A stretch of 64,000 nucleotides of DNA. It comes from Myxococcales bacterium (lineage in GTDB: Bacteria; Desulfobacterota; Binatia; HRBIN30). The position numbers were made by a program, and so were the translations under genes. Of the stretch, positions 9,547 to 18,047 are shown in pieces; positions within the stretch are counted from its first letter, which is position 1; each line of letters starts with the position of its first letter. The stretch is from positions 1 to 64,000 of the forward strand of contig JBBILD010000011.1 of the NCBI GenBank assembly GCA_037445065.1. The letters are read 5' to 3'. The notes beneath the pieces were generated by a model that was not told where the DNA came from, searched no databases, and worked only from the letters and a program-made list of their open reading frames with translations.

Positions 9547-10262
9547 GGCACGGATTCCAGTACGTTGCGGGCCCGTTCGGGGCCACAGCAGAGGAGAAGG
9601 TCGAGCACGGACAGATGGGAGACAAAGGGCTCGTAAAGCTGCGGGTACACAGGATGCTGGTAGTCTTGAAACTCTACCGAGATGCCGTGTCGCTTGCAGA
9701 GTTCCACATCCAAATAGGCGCGGCCGCTTTGGCCTTGCAGCAAATGCGTGGCGCCGAGCGTTTTGAGAAAAGCGATGATTCGCTGCGTCGGCCCCAGGTC
9801 GGCACCGAACATCTCCAAGTATGCTTTTTCGAGGCCGAGTTCGGAGGACACCAGCAGTGGGGTGCGGATCCCCAGTAAGTCGCGCAGGAAGAAGAGGAGG
9901 GGAACGGTGACGTCCACAAGCCGCTCCGCATGGCGCGCGAGCCTTTGCGCTAACTCGTCGAGCAACGCCGGGGCGTGGGAGCTCCGCCGATAGAAGTGAT
10001 GCAGTACTTGCAGATGATGCTCCGCCCACGCCACGTGTGGACTCAAACGCACCTCGCAAATGCGCTGGCCCAGGCGGGGGTGAACCGGCAGGGTGAGCCA
10101 ATACGGACCGTGTGGCCCGCGTACACGGTTCCGGTGCGCCCAACCGCTCGAGGTGTACTGCATTTCGTCGGCAACGATAAATGCGTCCACCCGTCGCATT
10201 TGATCGAAGTAGCCGAGCCACGGGAGGTAACCCGGTTGGATCCCAGCAACGCGCGTCGGCAT
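9543..10262 (-). CDS. WbqC-family protein
   Basis: QPGYLPWLGYF, DEMQY, W.HRNRV, G..G..YLD, Y.HPVYPQ..F..HLSVLDLL are typical WbqC motifs. Confidence 0.88.
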   Translation of the reverse strand: MPTRVAGIQPGYLPWLGYFDQMRRVDAFIVADEMQYTSSGWAHRNRVRGPHGPYWLTLPVHPRLGQRICEVRLSPHVAWAEHHLQVLHHFYRRSSHAPALLDELAQRLARHAERLVDVTVPLLFFLRDLLGIRTPLLVSSELGLEKAYLEMFGADLGPTQRIIAFLKTLGATHLLQGQSGRAYLDVELCKRHGISVEFQDYQHPVYPQLYEPFVSHLSVLDLLLCCGPERARNVLESVP

Positions 10263-10317
10263 GGTCCGAGAGTGTGGCGCAACTGCCGCACCATGCAACC
10301 TGCGCGGCATTGACCTT

Positions 10318-11397
10318 TCAATGCGAGCGGCTCAATTCTTCGAAACGGAGCGGCTCGACCCGATCGGAACCGATGGGCCGGAGCAGGTCTTCATAAGCGC
10401 CCCCGATGATCTTCTTCATGCGTTGCTTGAGCCCCGCGCTGATGGGCAAGTCGTCAATGTACTCGTAATTGCAGCGCAGGAAGTAGAGCCTTCCCGCTTT
10501 GACGAGGGGCGGGTCTTCAGGTTGATGCACCCGGTCGCGCCACTCCCGATACGCCCGCTCGGCACGCTCGCGCTCCACACCGCACAGCACCAGGGTGCGA
10601 AGGCGCGTCTCGCGCATGAGCCGCGAATCGCGCCGGTGTCGGCCGATGAAAATGCGTGACGCGAAGTGGGCGTAACCCAAGCAAGCAAGGGTGCGCAGCA
10701 GCGGGTTGCGGATTTGCTCGAGGGCCACGATGCCGGTGGCGCGCGACATCTGCATGTGCCGCGCCTCGTCAATGGCGTGGTTTTTCAGGATCGCGCGCAC
10801 TGTGGGGTGCACGTTCTCCTCGTTGATCGTGCACCGCTCGACGGTTTTCTGGTTCACGTTCAAGGCAAAGCGGGTGAAGTAGTAGTAGTGGAAGTGGCCG
10901 AGGAGCCAGCCGAGCAGGCTGTGCCCGCGCACATACGTTTCGGTGAGTCGTAACGACGGGTTGGCCTGCCGCAGCACATCCAAGCCGAGGCCGTAGAAAT
11001 CCAGCACTTTCTCAATCAGCTTGAGAAACGTCTGGATGTGCATGGTCTCCTCGACGACCTCGCGCGCCATGTACAGGGCCACTTCTGGGTCGTGCCGCAG
11101 CAGCGTCCGCAAAGCCGCTTGCAGATTCAGCACGTTGGTGGCCACTTCGGCCACGGCGGTCGAGAGGTAGCTCTGGCAGAAGCACAGCCGGTTCAACATG
11201 AGCTGCTTCTCCGGCCCCAGTTCGTGCCAGATGGGCTCGCCGTAGTACCAGGTCATCTGCAACGGAAACAGTGTATGGTCACCCAGGGACTTGGCATCGA
11301 ATTGCTCGGCCAAATCTAGGAAATGCTCCCGCAGGCGATCCACATCGCGATCGCTCACTTCCTTGAGCCGCCGAGTGAAGTTGAAATTGGCCGCCAT
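10318..11397 (-). CDS. AurF/CmlI-like ferritin-fold diiron oxygenase
   Basis: AVAEV, REVVEETMH (EExxH), HAIDEARH (HxxDExRH); GGAGGG RBS. Confidence 0.75.
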   Translation of the reverse strand: MAANFNFTRRLKEVSDRDVDRLREHFLDLAEQFDAKSLGDHTLFPLQMTWYYGEPIWHELGPEKQLMLNRLCFCQSYLSTAVAEVATNVLNLQAALRTLLRHDPEVALYMAREVVEETMHIQTFLKLIEKVLDFYGLGLDVLRQANPSLRLTETYVRGHSLLGWLLGHFHYYYFTRFALNVNQKTVERCTINEENVHPTVRAILKNHAIDEARHMQMSRATGIVALEQIRNPLLRTLACLGYAHFASRIFIGRHRRDSRLMRETRLRTLVLCGVERERAERAYREWRDRVHQPEDPPLVKAGRLYFLRCNYEYIDDLPISAGLKQRMKKIIGGAYEDLLRPIGSDRVEPLRFEELSRSH

Positions 11398-11652
11398 GAA
11401 AGAAGCCCTCCAGCACCGTCGCAGAGACTGTCAAGGCATAGCTTGTCACTACCTACCATGAGGATTCGACAGCGCGCAACACGTCGTCGGGCAGTGTTGT
11501 GATCCAAGTCTTGGGAGGGAATTCGCTCGGAACGATTGGGGTAGGCCTCTCGGCACGGGGCGGTGGCTCTCGGTGAGGAGCAGGCCGACCTTCCACCGCG
11601 CGGCCAGACCGGCGCAGAGCACTGCCCTGGGTCTTTCCTTGCAAGCTCGCTG

Positions 11653-12612
11653 TTACACGTGGGTTTGGGTAGCGGATTGAGGTGCGTCGGTGCCCTCTGT
11701 AAGCAGCACGTCTGCGAAGCGTGCGTCCTCGACTACGTTGACGTAGCCGCTTCCGTCGGAGAGCCGCCAATCATCGCACCCGGCGCAAGGCACCAGCGAG
11801 GCGTAGTTGCCCGCGCGATGCAGGGCTCGCCGGCGAGCCAGTTCGGCACCACACCAAATCTCCGCCAAAGTTTGCTCGGGCACCCGGCCGAGGGGTGCGC
11901 GGGCGTCCCAATCGGCGCCGCACATGGTGACCGTTCCGTCCTGCAACACCACGAGGGCCTCGAACAACCAATGGCAGGGATGCCGCTCAGCGGGTTTGCT
12001 TCCCTCCGCCGCCCGCACAGCACCGGCGAAGCCTGCCGGAACGATCGCCATCACGAAATCCCGCGGACCGAGCAGAGGCCGCCACCTGCGCACGATCGAG
12101 GGGAGCTGCGCCTGGTTTTCGCGACTCAGCAGCACTTGCAAGGAGACAATCGGCAACTCCCGGCCGCGGGCGATCTTGGCGCGTAAGAACGCTTCAATGT
12201 TTTGCACCACACGCGCAAAGTGGTCTCTTCCACGCAAGGCGAGGTAGGTACCAGCATCCGCAGCGTCGAGTGAGCATTCGAGGCGTGTGAGGCCCGACTC
12301 GAGTAGGCCGGTGGCGAGCCGGCCATGCAAGCTCACTGCGTTGGTCGAAAGGCCCACCTCCCACACCCCCGCCCCGCGCGCCATCTGGAGAAAATGAAGA
12401 AGTTCCCGGTGCAACAGAGGCTCGCCCAAGAAATGCAGCCAAAGGCGGGTCTGGTGATGACCACACTCTTCGACGATGCGAGCGAACACTTCGCGCCGCA
12501 TGAAGCCCAGGGGCCGCGTGAAGTTTTGCCGGGGGCAGAGACGGCACCGCTGGTTGCAGTAGTTGGTGACTTCCACGTTGATCCGGCGGGGAAAGGGAAG
12601 CGGCTGCCACAT
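11653..12612 (-). CDS. Radical SAM enzyme with C-terminal Twitch/SPASM domain
   Basis: CNQRCRLC (CxxxCxxC), GEPLLH, STNA, C-terminal PC...DG.V..C..D...LG......EIW...CAGC. Start could be TTG at 12651. Confidence 0.9.
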   Translation of the reverse strand: MWQPLPFPRRINVEVTNYCNQRCRLCPRQNFTRPLGFMRREVFARIVEECGHHQTRLWLHFLGEPLLHRELLHFLQMARGAGVWEVGLSTNAVSLHGRLATGLLESGLTRLECSLDAADAGTYLALRGRDHFARVVQNIEAFLRAKIARGRELPIVSLQVLLSRENQAQLPSIVRRWRPLLGPRDFVMAIVPAGFAGAVRAAEGSKPAERHPCHWLFEALVVLQDGTVTMCGADWDARAPLGRVPEQTLAEIWCGAELARRRALHRAGNYASLVPCAGCDDWRLSDGSGYVNVVEDARFADVLLTEGTDAPQSATQTHV

Positions 12613-12697
12613 CTCGGCAGGCTGTATCTCACGGCCGCGGCGCCGGTGCAACGCAGCATGCTTGACTCACGCAAGCGGAGGCGAAAGGCTGTGAGCC

Positions 12698-14590
12698 ATG
12701 GCCCTCGTGCGAATGCGCTTGCGGCGGTGCGCGCTGCTCGTGGTGCTGGGCTCGGGGGCGGGCTTTGCTTCGCCGGGACGGCCCGAAGCAGCCAGCTTGC
12801 CGCGTGTGGTGGACGTGAGCGCGGACCTCTTGCCGCTCGCAGCGCGTGCTCTACCGCCGCAAATCAACGGGGGCGCTGCGATCGGAGATTGCGACGGCGA
12901 CGGATGGCCGGACCTCTATTTCCCCGCATACGCGGAGCATATTTTGCTTCGCAACGAGAACGGGCAACGCTTCGTGGATGTCACTGGCCAAACCGGCCTG
13001 GCGGAGGCCACCGCCAACCTTCTGTTTGCCGGGCGCGGCGCCGCTTGGGGCGATGTGGATAACGACGGGGACCTGGACCTGTTCGTTACCGGGTACGCCA
13101 ACGCGCGTCATTTTTTGTTCATTAACGACGGAGATTGCAGGTTCACAGAGGAGGCGGCGCAGCGCGGGGTCGCAGTGGATACCCTGGCGCTCGGACGCAG
13201 CGCCTCCTTCGGTGACTTCGATCGCGACGGATACGTTGATTTGTTCGTGACCGAGATGCAGTCGGACTTGGTGAATCCAGGTGTCCCCCGGCCGGTGAGC
13301 CATCTCTTCCGCAATCGCGGTGCCCGGGCGCCCGGATTTTTCGAGGATGTGACGGAGTCGTCCGGCGTGCCTTTAGATGATGTGCCAGGGAGCCAGCCAG
13401 GTACCTTTCCGTTTACGCCTCGCTTTACCGACTTCGACGCCGACGGCTGGCCCGACCTTGCCGTCGCTTCGGATTTCTTCGAAAGCCGCCTATTCTGGAA
13501 CCGACGGGACGGGACCTTCGAGGATGGAACCGCCGCTGCGGGAACCACCAGTGTGGAGTACGGCATGGGCGCGGTCAGCGCTGACTTCGATGGCGACGGC
13601 CTCCTCGATTGGTTCGTGACCTCGATTTTCTTGCCCGGACACCAAAAAGGTACGGGCAATCGCCTGTACCGGTATGCGGGGGGCCGGCGGTTTGTGGATA
13701 TCACCGAGGCAGCCGGTGTGCGCGACGGAGGGTGGGGATGGGGTGCGGAGGCTCTGGATTTTGACAACGACGGTGATTTGGACTTGGCGATGACCAACGG
13801 GACGCTGGCCAGTGATGCGGACCAGTACGCGGAGTTAGAGTTTGGCCCAGTGGATCTCAGCCAATTCGTAAACGACCCGGCTCGGTTCTGGGTCAACCAG
13901 GGAGGGGGAGTGTTCTCGGAGCAAGCCACACAGGTGGGCTTCCAGGATTTCGGTGTCGGCAACGCCTTGGTGTCCTTTGATTTTGATCGCGATGGCGACT
14001 TGGACTTGTTGCTGGTCCACGACCATTCGGTGCTACCCGTCCTCTACCGCAACGACGGCGGTAACCGAAACAGTTGGATGGTCCTTGCCCTGCGCGGGCA
14101 TCACTCGAACTCGTTCGGGATCGGCGCGCGCGTCACCCTTTCAGCGCGCGGTAAAGAGCAGGTTCGGGAAGTCTCGGCCAGCAGCACGCTTTACGGGCAG
14201 AATGGGAACGGCTGGGTGCATTTTGGGCTGAGTGGCGCCGAGGTGGTGGACTGGGTGCGCATCGACTGGCCGAGCGGGATTCGCCAGACCGTGCGCGATC
14301 TGCCTGCCAGGCAGTACTCCACAATCGGCGAGCCAGCGAGCTGCGAGGGCTTGCCCGAGGAAGACTGCGTCTGGATCCCACCTGGAACGCCCACGCCGAC
14401 TCCTGCTTGCGCCGGCGACTGCAATGGTGACGGCGAAGTGACCGTGGACGAAATCGTCTGGTTGGTCGTCCTGGCTTTGTCGGGCGGACCGCAGGACGAC
14501 TGCGCTCGCGGAGATACAAATCGAGACGGTGCGATCACGGTGGATGAAGTGATCGCTGCAGTGAATCGAGCCCTCGCCGGCTGTCCTTGA
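12698..14590 (+). CDS. Secreted FG-GAP/CRTAC1-like protein with ASPIC/UnbV domain, PT linker and C-terminal dockerin-like module
   Basis: Repeated D(F/V)DxDGxxDL motifs; SNSFGIGARV...HFGL; TPTPTPA; CAGDCNGDGEVTVDE...GDTNRDGAITVDEVIAAVNRALAGCP. Confidence 0.88.
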   Translation: MALVRMRLRRCALLVVLGSGAGFASPGRPEAASLPRVVDVSADLLPLAARALPPQINGGAAIGDCDGDGWPDLYFPAYAEHILLRNENGQRFVDVTGQTGLAEATANLLFAGRGAAWGDVDNDGDLDLFVTGYANARHFLFINDGDCRFTEEAAQRGVAVDTLALGRSASFGDFDRDGYVDLFVTEMQSDLVNPGVPRPVSHLFRNRGARAPGFFEDVTESSGVPLDDVPGSQPGTFPFTPRFTDFDADGWPDLAVASDFFESRLFWNRRDGTFEDGTAAAGTTSVEYGMGAVSADFDGDGLLDWFVTSIFLPGHQKGTGNRLYRYAGGRRFVDITEAAGVRDGGWGWGAEALDFDNDGDLDLAMTNGTLASDADQYAELEFGPVDLSQFVNDPARFWVNQGGGVFSEQATQVGFQDFGVGNALVSFDFDRDGDLDLLLVHDHSVLPVLYRNDGGNRNSWMVLALRGHHSNSFGIGARVTLSARGKEQVREVSASSTLYGQNGNGWVHFGLSGAEVVDWVRIDWPSGIRQTVRDLPARQYSTIGEPASCEGLPEEDCVWIPPGTPTPTPACAGDCNGDGEVTVDEIVWLVVLALSGGPQDDCARGDTNRDGAITVDEVIAAVNRALAGCP

Positions 14591-14605
14591 GTTCTGCTTT
14601 GCCCT

Positions 14606-15115
14606 TCAACAGGCTGGGCTGCGGGCCCTACCACGGGCCGCCGGCAGCACTTCTTGCAGGTTCTTGCCCGTTGCGAGACAGTAGCGCTCGAGGCCCTTGC
14701 GGGCTCGCTCCACCGCTACGGAAACCACGGCGGCGTCGTCGAGCTTTCCGAGCCGTGGCAGGAAGTCGGGGACCAGGTCCACCTCGTTGGAAAAATACAA
14801 GATGGCAGCAGCCGCTATGGCCGCAGTAGAAAGCGGGATTTGCTCGCAGTGACCCGCCGCATAGTCGCGCAGGCAGTCGAGAAACAAGTTGAGTTGGCGG
14901 CGCAGCAAGGCGAGGTCTTCTGGCAACGCAGCGATTTTCTGGCGCAGCTCCGCCTCGTGCTGCAACAGTGAGGCGACATCGGCCGGTGCCACCTTGCACG
15001 CGAGATCATTGACGATTTGTTCCAAATCCTTGCGCGTAAGCACGGCCGGGCGCTTGTTCTTCGTGCGCGGCGCACTGGCGAGCTTGCCAGCGTGGTTTCG
15101 GTTTTTAACGGTCAT
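14606..15115 (-). CDS. DUF1232/YkvA family protein
   Basis: LYF...DLVPDFLP.LG.LDD motif; GGAGG RBS before ATG 15115. Confidence 0.85.
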   Translation of the reverse strand: MTVKNRNHAGKLASAPRTKNKRPAVLTRKDLEQIVNDLACKVAPADVASLLQHEAELRQKIAALPEDLALLRRQLNLFLDCLRDYAAGHCEQIPLSTAAIAAAAILYFSNEVDLVPDFLPRLGKLDDAAVVSVAVERARKGLERYCLATGKNLQEVLPAARGRARSPAC

Positions 15116-15131
15116 GAACACCTCCAACGTT

Positions 15132-16748
15132 CTACGGTGCATCAATCAGCACGCCAGGATTCAGGATGCCGTTCGGGTCGAGCACTTTCTTGGCAGCGGC
15201 GAGCGCGCGAGCGAATCCAGGCGGCCGTTCCTGGTCGTACCATGGCCGATGGTCGCGGCCAACCGCGTGGTGGTGCGTGATCGTTCCCCCGTGGGCGAGG
15301 ATTGCCTCCGAGGCGATCCGCTTGATTTCGTCCCATTGCTCCAGCAGGCGATCGCGCTCTCCGGGAGCGATCACCGTATAGTACGGTGCTGGGCCGTCTG
15401 GATAGACGTGCGTAAAGCGGCAGCTCAGTTGACCACCGCCGCACACGCGCGTGAGGGTTTCTTGCACGCGGGACATGATGGCTTCGTGCAACGCGGGGAA
15501 CCGCGCCCAGGTCACGGCTGTTTCGAACGTCTCGCTGATCATGCCGAGGGATACGAGCGCGTCGCGCAAATACGGACCGCGCAAGAACGATGAGCGCCAC
15601 GCTCCCGCGGCCCCACCCCGGGCGGCGCTGGTGTCCTCGCGAGTCCGCCAGCTCTCGGCATCGTGTGTGCCGCCGTGATCGCGACAGCATTCCAGTGCAC
15701 GCTCCATCCACGGGTCGAGCGGGTGGTCGGCGGATTCGAAGCCCAGCACCAGCACCGCTCGCGAGCCGTCGCCAGCGCCGGCGGTGAGTGCTTCTACCGG
15801 GTCGAGCAAGCGACAGTTCGTGGGGTAGAGGCCACTCTGGCTGAGCTGCCGCACCGCGGCCGCCCCGGCTTCGAAGCTCGGAAAGAACACCGATGCAGTC
15901 GCCCGGAAGCGCGGCCGCTCTTGAAGCCGCATCCAAGCGCGAGTGATGATCCCCAGCGTTCCCTCCGAGCCAATCCACAACCGCTCGGGGCTGGGACCTG
16001 CGCCCGATCCCGGCAGCCTCCGGGTTTCCACCCAGCCCGTGGGGGTGAGGATGCGCAGCGCTTCCACGAATTCATCAATGTGGGTGTAAAGCGTGGCGTA
16101 GTGCCCGCCCGAGCGAGTGGCGATCCAACCGCCGAGGGACGAGAACTCGAAGGATTGGGGAAAGTGGCGCAAGGTGAGCCCGTGCGGCTTGAGCTGCTCT
16201 TCCAACACTGAACCCAAAGCGCCAGCTTCGATCAAGGCGGCTCGCGAAGCGCGATCGACCTCCAAAACGCGGCGTAAGTAGTAGAGGTCGATCGAAACCG
16301 CGGCAGCAAACGGTCCCCCTGCCGGAGGCTCGACTCCACCGACCACGCTCGATCCGCCGCCATACGGGATGGCGGCGATCCGTTCCCGGTTGCACCAGGC
16401 AAGCACCGCTTCCAGTTCCTCCTCGCTGCGCGGGTAGGCCACCGCATCGATCGGGTTCGGGAACTCGCGTTGCCAAGCCCGTACCAGGTCGCGGAACGAC
16501 TTTCCGTACGTATGGCTGGCGCGCTCGTGCGCTTCCGTGGTGACAACCGCCTCGAGCCGCGCGGGGACGCGGCAGCGTGGCGGCCGCAAGGTAAGGTCTT
16601 CGCTCCGTGGCGGCTGCGCGATCTCGACCCCGGAGAGCGAAAAGCGTGCGCTCAATACCTGGGCGAGACGCTCTGCTTCCTGCCGGTCGAACCCTTCGTC
16701 TTCCCAACCCCAACCCCAGAATTTGCGCCGCCGCGGTTTGGTTTCCAT
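15132..16748 (-). CDS. agpS: FAD-linked oxidoreductase, alkyl-dihydroxyacetonephosphate synthase (AgpS)-like
   Basis: FWGWG, PYGGGSSVVGG, HFPQSFEFSSLGGWIATRSGG, GSEGTLG, HHHAVG, DPNGILNPG. Closely resembles mycobacterial AgpS-type proteins as I recall them. Confidence 0.8.
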   Translation of the reverse strand: METKPRRRKFWGWGWEDEGFDRQEAERLAQVLSARFSLSGVEIAQPPRSEDLTLRPPRCRVPARLEAVVTTEAHERASHTYGKSFRDLVRAWQREFPNPIDAVAYPRSEEELEAVLAWCNRERIAAIPYGGGSSVVGGVEPPAGGPFAAAVSIDLYYLRRVLEVDRASRAALIEAGALGSVLEEQLKPHGLTLRHFPQSFEFSSLGGWIATRSGGHYATLYTHIDEFVEALRILTPTGWVETRRLPGSGAGPSPERLWIGSEGTLGIITRAWMRLQERPRFRATASVFFPSFEAGAAAVRQLSQSGLYPTNCRLLDPVEALTAGAGDGSRAVLVLGFESADHPLDPWMERALECCRDHGGTHDAESWRTREDTSAARGGAAGAWRSSFLRGPYLRDALVSLGMISETFETAVTWARFPALHEAIMSRVQETLTRVCGGGQLSCRFTHVYPDGPAPYYTVIAPGERDRLLEQWDEIKRIASEAILAHGGTITHHHAVGRDHRPWYDQERPPGFARALAAAKKVLDPNGILNPGVLIDAP

Positions 16749-16861
16749 GCCAAGGCCCTCATACTCGACGGGCGCTGGCAAAGGCAACGCGGCGCGAGCC
16801 AAAGGCGGGGCAGCATGCTTGCCTCGTTGCCCGAATCGTGTTGCATAAGAGCCCGTCTATT

Positions 16862-18034
16862 ATGCGCTACGATTTGACGCCAGAGCAGTTGGCATGGCGG
16901 GAGGAAGTGCGCGCGTTTTTGCGCGAGCACCTCACGGAAGAGCTGCTCGCTGAGCTACGCGAGAGCGGCAACGAGGGTCAAGGTCCGCTCGCCCGCCGCT
17001 TCGTGCTGGAGCTGCGCGATCGCGGCTGGTGGGGGTTGGCGTGGCCACCGGAGTACGGCGGGATGGGCCGCTCGGCGATCGAGCAGTGGATCTTCGTGGA
17101 TGAAATGGAGAGCGCGGGCGCGCCGATGCTGCCGCTGACCGTGACTTCGGTGGCGCCCACCATCATGCGGGTGGGGAGCGAAGAACAAAAGCGTTACTGG
17201 CTGCCTCGCATCCAGCGCGCGGAGGTGGAGTTCGCCTTGGGTTACTCCGAACCGGAGGCGGGGACGGACCTCGCCTCTCTCAAAACCCGCGCGGTGCTCG
17301 ACGGCGACACGTGGGTCATTACAGGCCAAAAAATGTGGAATACGATGGCCCACACCGCCACCCACAATTGGCTCGCGGTGCGCACCGAGCCGGATGCGCC
17401 CAAGCACAAGGGGATTTCCATCATGATCGTGCCCATGGACGCGCCCGGGGTGACCGTGCAGCCGATTTACGTGTGGCCAGGGCTCAGGACCAATGCGCTA
17501 TTCCTCGATAACGTGCGCGTACCGCGCGATTACCTCATTGGCGAACGCGGCATGGGGTTTTACTACGCGGCCATGGCTTTGAACTTCGAGCGCCTTTCGA
17601 TCGGCTCGGTCGGGATGTGCCGGCGGTTTTTCCGCGAGCTGGTGCGCTTTGTACGTGATGTGGAAAGGGAAGGATTGCCTCTCAAAGACCGCCCTTGGGT
17701 GCGGGAGCGCCTGGCGCGCTTGGCCGTGGACATCGAAGCTGCGCGGATGCTGGGCTTGGAGACTGCTTGGGCACTCGATCAGGGGCGCGTGCCAGCCGCA
17801 GAGTCGTCCATGGCCAAAGTGTTCGTGAGCGAACTTGCGCAACGACTGGCCGATACTGGCTGCGAGATCCTCGGTTTAGCGGGCCAACTCCACCCGGATG
17901 AACCGTCTGCCCCTCTGCACGGGCGTATGCAGTGGCTGTATCGGACCGCTCCTTTGCTCGCTTTTGGTGGGGGCACCAACGAAGTGCAGCGTACGATCGT
18001 TGCGCTGCTCGGCTACGGCTTGCCACGCAAGTGA
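16862..18034 (+). CDS. Acyl-CoA dehydrogenase (FadE29/FadE26-like subunit)
   Basis: LGYSEPEAGTDLASL, GQKMW, ALNFER, FGGGTNEVQR. Confidence 0.9.
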   Translation: MRYDLTPEQLAWREEVRAFLREHLTEELLAELRESGNEGQGPLARRFVLELRDRGWWGLAWPPEYGGMGRSAIEQWIFVDEMESAGAPMLPLTVTSVAPTIMRVGSEEQKRYWLPRIQRAEVEFALGYSEPEAGTDLASLKTRAVLDGDTWVITGQKMWNTMAHTATHNWLAVRTEPDAPKHKGISIMIVPMDAPGVTVQPIYVWPGLRTNALFLDNVRVPRDYLIGERGMGFYYAAMALNFERLSIGSVGMCRRFFRELVRFVRDVEREGLPLKDRPWVRERLARLAVDIEAARMLGLETAWALDQGRVPAAESSMAKVFVSELAQRLADTGCEILGLAGQLHPDEPSAPLHGRMQWLYRTAPLLAFGGGTNEVQRTIVALLGYGLPRK

Positions 18035-18047
18035 CGGGAGACAACGC

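Noticed and set aside
11453..11652. RiPP precursor peptide between the radical SAM and AurF-like genes
   Set aside because: The ORF 11453-11770 starts inside the radical SAM gene; I saw no convincing RBS and start in the gap and no precursor-like composition
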